Source: a candidate division FCPU426 bacterium (GTDB lineage: Bacteria; Oederibacteriota; JAJYGY01; DAIDJD01). From it: a stretch of DNA of 51,260 nucleotides. Both the position numbers and the translations under genes were made by a program. Shown here in pieces: positions 47,567-51,260 of this stretch (position 1 is its first letter; the number at the start of each line of letters is the position of its first letter). The DNA is taken from positions 1 through 51,260 of the forward strand of contig JAZKAF010000070.1 in assembly GCA_040389285.1 (NCBI GenBank), in the 5' to 3' direction. The notes beneath the pieces are model-generated. The model saw only the letters and a program-made list of their open reading frames with translations. It was not told where the DNA came from and did no database searches.

Positions 47567-49219
47567 TTATAGCTGTCGGTCCCCGCGTTTTCGATGTCTA
47601 AAATCATTTTGCTTCCACTCCGACTCCTTCTCGTCGTATTTCGCCTCCAGACGGTAGTGGTAGAGCCCCGACTTGATCGGCTTTCCGTCATTATCCCGCG
47701 CTAAAAACGAGATCTGATGGGTGCCGGGGGAATAATCATGGTATTTCCCCTCAAAGACCTTGGCTCCCTTGGCGTCATAAACCATGATCCGAACTGCGGC
47801 CTCGCGCTTGATGCAGAAAAAAACATAAGCTCCCCCTTCCCCGAACGGCTCCGGAGAACTGCGAAGGCACCCGAGTCCATGGCGGGCTGTTCCAGCGGCG
47901 ATCGAGGGCCCCGGAGAAGGGGCCGGGACGTTGGTAGGCACGATGGTCGGCCGCGTCGTCGGCCGGCGTTCAGGCGCTGATGTTGGCACCACCACGACGA
48001 ACAGCTCGGTCGGAGGGATGCTGGGAATCGGGCTAGGTTGCCGTGTGGGCGATGGTGAAGGCGGCATCATGGTCGGACGCAAGGTCGCTGTCGGTACCGA
48101 AGTTGGGAGCTTGGTCGGTACCTCAGTGAACGTCGGTGTAAAGGTGTCTTGCGGCGTGGGCTCGAAGGTGGCGGTTTCGAGGGGCAGCTCCGTAGGGATC
48201 TCGGTGGGAACCTCTGTAGGGATGGCCGCCACAGGACGGGATTTTTCGCCGGTCAAAGCGGTCTTACGGGCGCCTGCGGCCAGGATGGTATTCAGAAGTA
48301 ACTTTCTCGAACGCCCCGCAAAAGTGTCATCCTGTTCGAACGGATGAAAAGCAAATCCGACCACCATCCCCGATCCTTCATCCGGATCCGGGAACGCGTA
48401 GGCGCCGTATACCGGGGCCCGATTTCCGTCGGGATACGCAAAAGAATCCCGATAAAAAAGCGGCACGACCGCTTTTTGCAATAATTTCTCCGGGGCTACT
48501 CCAAAAGCCGCCAGCGAAAGTCCTCCTTCCAAAGACCCGCTTGCAGACTTGAACTGAGTGACCTGATAGGGGCCCAAGCTGGCCAGTCGGATGCTCTTGG
48601 GCCAGATCTTTTCAAGATCCCATTGGGCTATGTCAAAAAAAACGGCGGTTCCCCCGTTGTTAACAAAACGGCGGGCCGCGTCCCGTACTGAATTTGGGAT
48701 CCGTGAAGGGCCGCTCGGAGGATTCGCGAAATTCCCCCACCAGCCAGGGGAGGAAAAGACGACCATATCCCAGGCGGCTGGATCAAACCATTGCTGGGGC
48801 GACCGTTCGACTTGCTCATATTCCGCCACTTTTATGGACAGCCCCCAGGTAGCCATATCCTTTGAAAGCGGGTGCACACTGGAGCGGTTTTCAATGACGA
48901 CGATACGGGGGGCTAAAGTTTTAGCCATCCAATTGCCTTTCTTAGGCAATCCCTCCGACGCCACACCATAGGATCCGCGGTACATCAGGACGCTACGAAG
49001 TCCTTCAGGGCTCCAGCGGCCATCCGGTTTGGGCCTGATGACGGATTCTCCAAAATCCATCCAAACGACCCCACCTGCCGAAAGGACTTCGGAAAGCGCC
49101 GCCACCGCCCGCGCGGAGGCTTTGGGGGCACCCTCAGGAAATTCGACCCCCCGCTCGGCCCGGCTTATCCGCGCGAACGCAATAACAGCCACAAAGAATA
49201 GGATCCTAGGCGTTTTCAT
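47567..49219 (-). CDS. secreted protein: unknown N-terminal domain, P/T-rich linker, C-terminal FlgD-Ig-like beta-sandwich (hypothetical)
   Basis: I prefer ATG 49219 (MKTPRILFFVAVIAFARISRA, a signal peptide) because it overlaps the upstream stop (ATGA). A linker of about 115 aa is rich in P/T/E/V (PTEVPTEIPTELP...). The tail (VRIMVYDAKGAKVFEG...GTHQISFLARDNDGKPIKSGLYHYRLEA) resembles FlgD-Ig / T9SS-type C-terminal domains. Confidence 0.65.
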   Translation of the reverse strand: MKTPRILFFVAVIAFARISRAERGVEFPEGAPKASARAVAALSEVLSAGGVVWMDFGESVIRPKPDGRWSPEGLRSVLMYRGSYGVASEGLPKKGNWMAKTLAPRIVVIENRSSVHPLSKDMATWGLSIKVAEYEQVERSPQQWFDPAAWDMVVFSSPGWWGNFANPPSGPSRIPNSVRDAARRFVNNGGTAVFFDIAQWDLEKIWPKSIRLASLGPYQVTQFKSASGSLEGGLSLAAFGVAPEKLLQKAVVPLFYRDSFAYPDGNRAPVYGAYAFPDPDEGSGMVVGFAFHPFEQDDTFAGRSRKLLLNTILAAGARKTALTGEKSRPVAAIPTEVPTEIPTELPLETATFEPTPQDTFTPTFTEVPTKLPTSVPTATLRPTMMPPSPSPTRQPSPIPSIPPTELFVVVVPTSAPERRPTTRPTIVPTNVPAPSPGPSIAAGTARHGLGCLRSSPEPFGEGGAYVFFCIKREAAVRIMVYDAKGAKVFEGKYHDYSPGTHQISFLARDNDGKPIKSGLYHYRLEAKYDEKESEWKQNDFRHRKRGDRQL

Positions 49220-50412
49220 GCGTTCCACGGAAACCGCAGCATGGCTCCTCTGAAACCATCAGCCAAAGCGAGGCTGCCGCCTGCAGCTGCGACATGGTCC
49301 GTGTCGTTCATTAGCCATACGCTCCATTTTTGTGCCCCATCCCTGGAGCTACAGACCCAGCGGCGACCTTCCAGCGCCAGGCATTCGCCGAGATCGGAAA
49401 CCGCCTTCCAGCGCACCCGGTCTTCTGATCGCCTGGACCAGGACCTTTCGCGGGTAGCGACGATGCTAAGGGTAAGGCCCGCAGAGGGGTCCTCCCACAG
49501 GACCAGCGATCCATGGGGGCTCAACACGGGATGGTCGCCCGATCGCTTCCACAGCAAGTTGCCGTCACTGTCAAAGATCCTGAATTCATATCCCCCACAG
49601 TAGAGCTCGGCGACCAGCCTCCGCCCATCCGCACTTAACGCGAGCCCGCGCAGATGGGAATTATATCCTGATTCCTCGGCGCCGGCCCACTGGGCATGCC
49701 ATCCTTCAGGACCCTTGGCCCAGCATCCCCAACGCGCCTCCGTGCCCCGTCCCTCATCTTCCACCAATTTCGCTCCGGCGAAATAAACCCTCATGCCATC
49801 CGGTGATAAAGCCGCGAATTTCATGAAATGGCCGGTTTGCTCGCAGCTGATCCTTCCGCTTTCGGACTGAAGATCAGCCGAGAAAAAATGCAAGAACCAC
49901 GGGGTATGGAGCATGAGCACCGATCCGTCTCCGGACAACCCAAGGTGGTAAGACTGGATGAACGGCGGGGCTTCAAAGGCCTGCCTGGCCGATTCGCTTC
50001 CCTGGGCGTCGACGAGCAATAATGCGCCCTCCATGGCCAGGTAACAGGCGCCATTTTCAAGCGGCAGGACGTCCAGGATCTTTTCGTCCCATTGGACACT
50101 CCAGCAAAGTTTTCCACTGGAATTGTAGAGGCTGACACCATGATCAGCTGATACAAAAGCGGCTGCCCGCCCCTTAGCCGAAATACGGACGAGCGCCGCC
50201 GGACGCAAAAGTTCGAAGTTTGCTTCACGGGACACACCGGTCGCGCAAAATCGAAAACGGGTCCGTTGCCGGGTTTCATAGGCCAGCCAAGCAAGTAAAG
50301 CCAGGAGTCCCAGAGACCCGGTTTTCCAGCCAAAGGCAGCATAGGCAACGGTAACCCCAGCCAGCAGGCTGATAAACACCATTTTTTTAATCGAATTTCC
50401 GCGCATTGACAC
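49216..50412 (-). CDS. membrane-anchored beta-propeller-like protein (hypothetical)
   Basis: 398 aa. Two N-terminal hydrophobic helices, then repeated SxDG/W-containing strands (LYNSSGKLCWSV, LSGDGSVLML, LSPDGMRVYF, LSADGRRLVA, FDSDGNLLWK, LSPHGSLVLW). The start is GTG 50412 or ATG 50406. Confidence 0.6.
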   Translation of the reverse strand: MSMRGNSIKKMVFISLLAGVTVAYAAFGWKTGSLGLLALLAWLAYETRQRTRFRFCATGVSREANFELLRPAALVRISAKGRAAAFVSADHGVSLYNSSGKLCWSVQWDEKILDVLPLENGACYLAMEGALLLVDAQGSESARQAFEAPPFIQSYHLGLSGDGSVLMLHTPWFLHFFSADLQSESGRISCEQTGHFMKFAALSPDGMRVYFAGAKLVEDEGRGTEARWGCWAKGPEGWHAQWAGAEESGYNSHLRGLALSADGRRLVAELYCGGYEFRIFDSDGNLLWKRSGDHPVLSPHGSLVLWEDPSAGLTLSIVATRERSWSRRSEDRVRWKAVSDLGECLALEGRRWVCSSRDGAQKWSVWLMNDTDHVAAAGGSLALADGFRGAMLRFPWNA

Positions 50413-50434
50413 CCAAATATGGTTTTGCTAAACT
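50406..50434 (+). promoter_or_regulatory. sigma70-like promoter for rpsT
   Basis: TTGACA (50406-50411), 17 nt, TAAACT (50429-50434). It overlaps the start codon region of the divergent gene. Confidence 0.55.
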
Positions 50435-50477
50435 CACGGCTCTTGAAAGCATCCTTCGCGATTACGGAGAACAACCA

Positions 50478-50735
50478 GTGCCCATCAAAAAGTCATCTAT
50501 TAAAGACGTGCGCCGCATCAAAACCCGCCGTGAACGCAACATCGCCGTGATGTCACGCCTTCGCAGCACCGTAGCCAAGGTCGGCAAGGCCGTTGGTCCG
50601 GAAGCCGCCAGCGCAGCCCTTTCCAAGGCAAAAAGCCTGCTGGACAAGGCCGCAAGCAAGAACCACCTTCATCACAAAACCGCGGCCAGGAAAAAGTCCC
50701 GTTTGGCCCGCGCGGTCAATAAACTGAAAAAATAA
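50478..50735 (+). CDS. rpsT: 30S ribosomal protein S20
   Basis: 85 aa from GTG 50478 (MPIKKSSIKDVRRIKTRRERN...), with GGAGA 8 nt upstream. The ORF-track start at 50406 adds a non-homologous extension. Confidence 0.9.
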   Translation: MPIKKSSIKDVRRIKTRRERNIAVMSRLRSTVAKVGKAVGPEAASAALSKAKSLLDKAASKNHLHHKTAARKKSRLARAVNKLKK

Positions 50736-50755
50736 CACAGACTGAAACATTAGAC

Positions 50756-50790
50756 AAAAAGGCGCTCCACGTGGAGCGCCTTTTTTATTT
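50756..50790. terminator. bidirectional intrinsic terminator (rpsT and the convergent hypothetical gene)
   Basis: AAAAAGGCGCTCCACGTGGAGCGCCTTTTTT: a 10+10 GC-rich palindrome flanked by A and T runs. Confidence 0.8.
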
Positions 50791-51260
50791 GGCTGGCTTG
50801 GATGTGGAAGTCAAAGCTTGGAACAACGCCTGCCAAAGTGGCGACTGACCTGTCGTGGTCACAGCCGCCGGAGCCGCCCTTACCGCCGGCCGGGTCCCCC
50901 CCAAGATCCTGAAAAAGGCCAGGCCTTCGAGCCGTCCATCGATCAGAAGACGGATATGATACTGGCCCGGCTTGACCGGCAGGGCTTTTTGTCCCGCCGA
51001 CGGACGAATGTCATTGGTGCCGACCGCCATGCTGAAGGTATGGGGGATGTATTGCGATCCGCCAAGAGTCACATAATCGGTGGAAACACGGACCGGCATG
51101 GTCAGTCCCAGGTAGGCAAGTTCCCCGCCCTCAGGATCCAGCCAGTGCGCCTCGGCGAAATAATGGTCCGCCACCGCCACGCTGACCGTGGCGGTCGAAG
51201 CCCGCGCGCCGCCTTGCTGGGGCAAGAGCGGGAAAAGCATGTGAGCCGAGAACACGACCT
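50785..51260 (-). CDS. hypothetical protein (5' end may lie beyond the right edge)
   Basis: The reading frame is open to the window edge. Candidate starts are GTG 51255 and ATG 51240. No recognisable motif. Codon usage looks coding. Confidence 0.4.
   Translation of the reverse strand, partial: VVFSAHMLFPLLPQQGGARASTATVSVAVADHYFAEAHWLDPEGGELAYLGLTMPVRVSTDYVTLGGSQYIPHTFSMAVGTNDIRPSAGQKALPVKPGQYHIRLLIDGRLEGLAFFRILGGTRPAVRAAPAAVTTTGQSPLWQALFQALTSTSKPAK

Noticed and set aside
47894-48238. Short tandem nucleotide repeats that could look like a repeat array
   Set aside because: They are in frame within a long ORF and encode the P/T-rich linker. There is no spacer/repeat periodicity of CRISPR type and no cas genes.

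Overview
GC-rich bacterial chromosomal window made up almost entirely of core housekeeping and central-metabolism genes. 47 of my 51 CDS calls are on the minus strand. Reading in the direction of transcription (right to left), the window holds: (1) one hypothetical gene; (2) a membrane-anchored beta-propeller protein and a secreted P/T-linker protein, followed by aroQ and two sugar-type ABC permeases; (3) a long, tightly coupled amino-acid operon, hom-thrC-TPR-(ApgM-like)-lysC-(46-aa ORF)-cimA-murI-DUF366; (4) an isolated plus-strand dnaA; (5) an Smr-domain gene, tRNA-Cys and mdh-sucC-sucD, convergent with citrate synthase; (6) a PilZ gene just downstream of tRNA-Leu; (7) sppA plus a polytopic-membrane/PD40-propeller protein; (8) yceD-rpmF-plsX-fabH-fabD-fabG-acpP-fabF-rnc; (9) a complete 14-gene complex I operon in the unusual order nuoBCDEFGHI-A-JKLMN; (10) smc, ftsY and the 5' part of recJ, which is absent from the ORF track and was found by hand translation. 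I see no CRISPR array, transposase, integrase, phage gene or recognisable defence or toxin module, and no convincing new multi-gene system. The best candidates for unexplored biology are the coupled surface-protein pair at 47.6-50.4 kb, the sppA/7TM-PD40 pair, the ApgM-like gene in the threonine operon (probably a non-canonical homoserine kinase), a CRP/FNR-like palindrome at the predicted nuo transcription start, the relocated nuoA, and a 46-aa membrane ORF wedged between lysC and cimA. Many ORF-track starts are over-extended, and many true starts are GTG or TTG. All long plus-strand ORFs opposite minus-strand genes look like GC-driven shadow ORFs.
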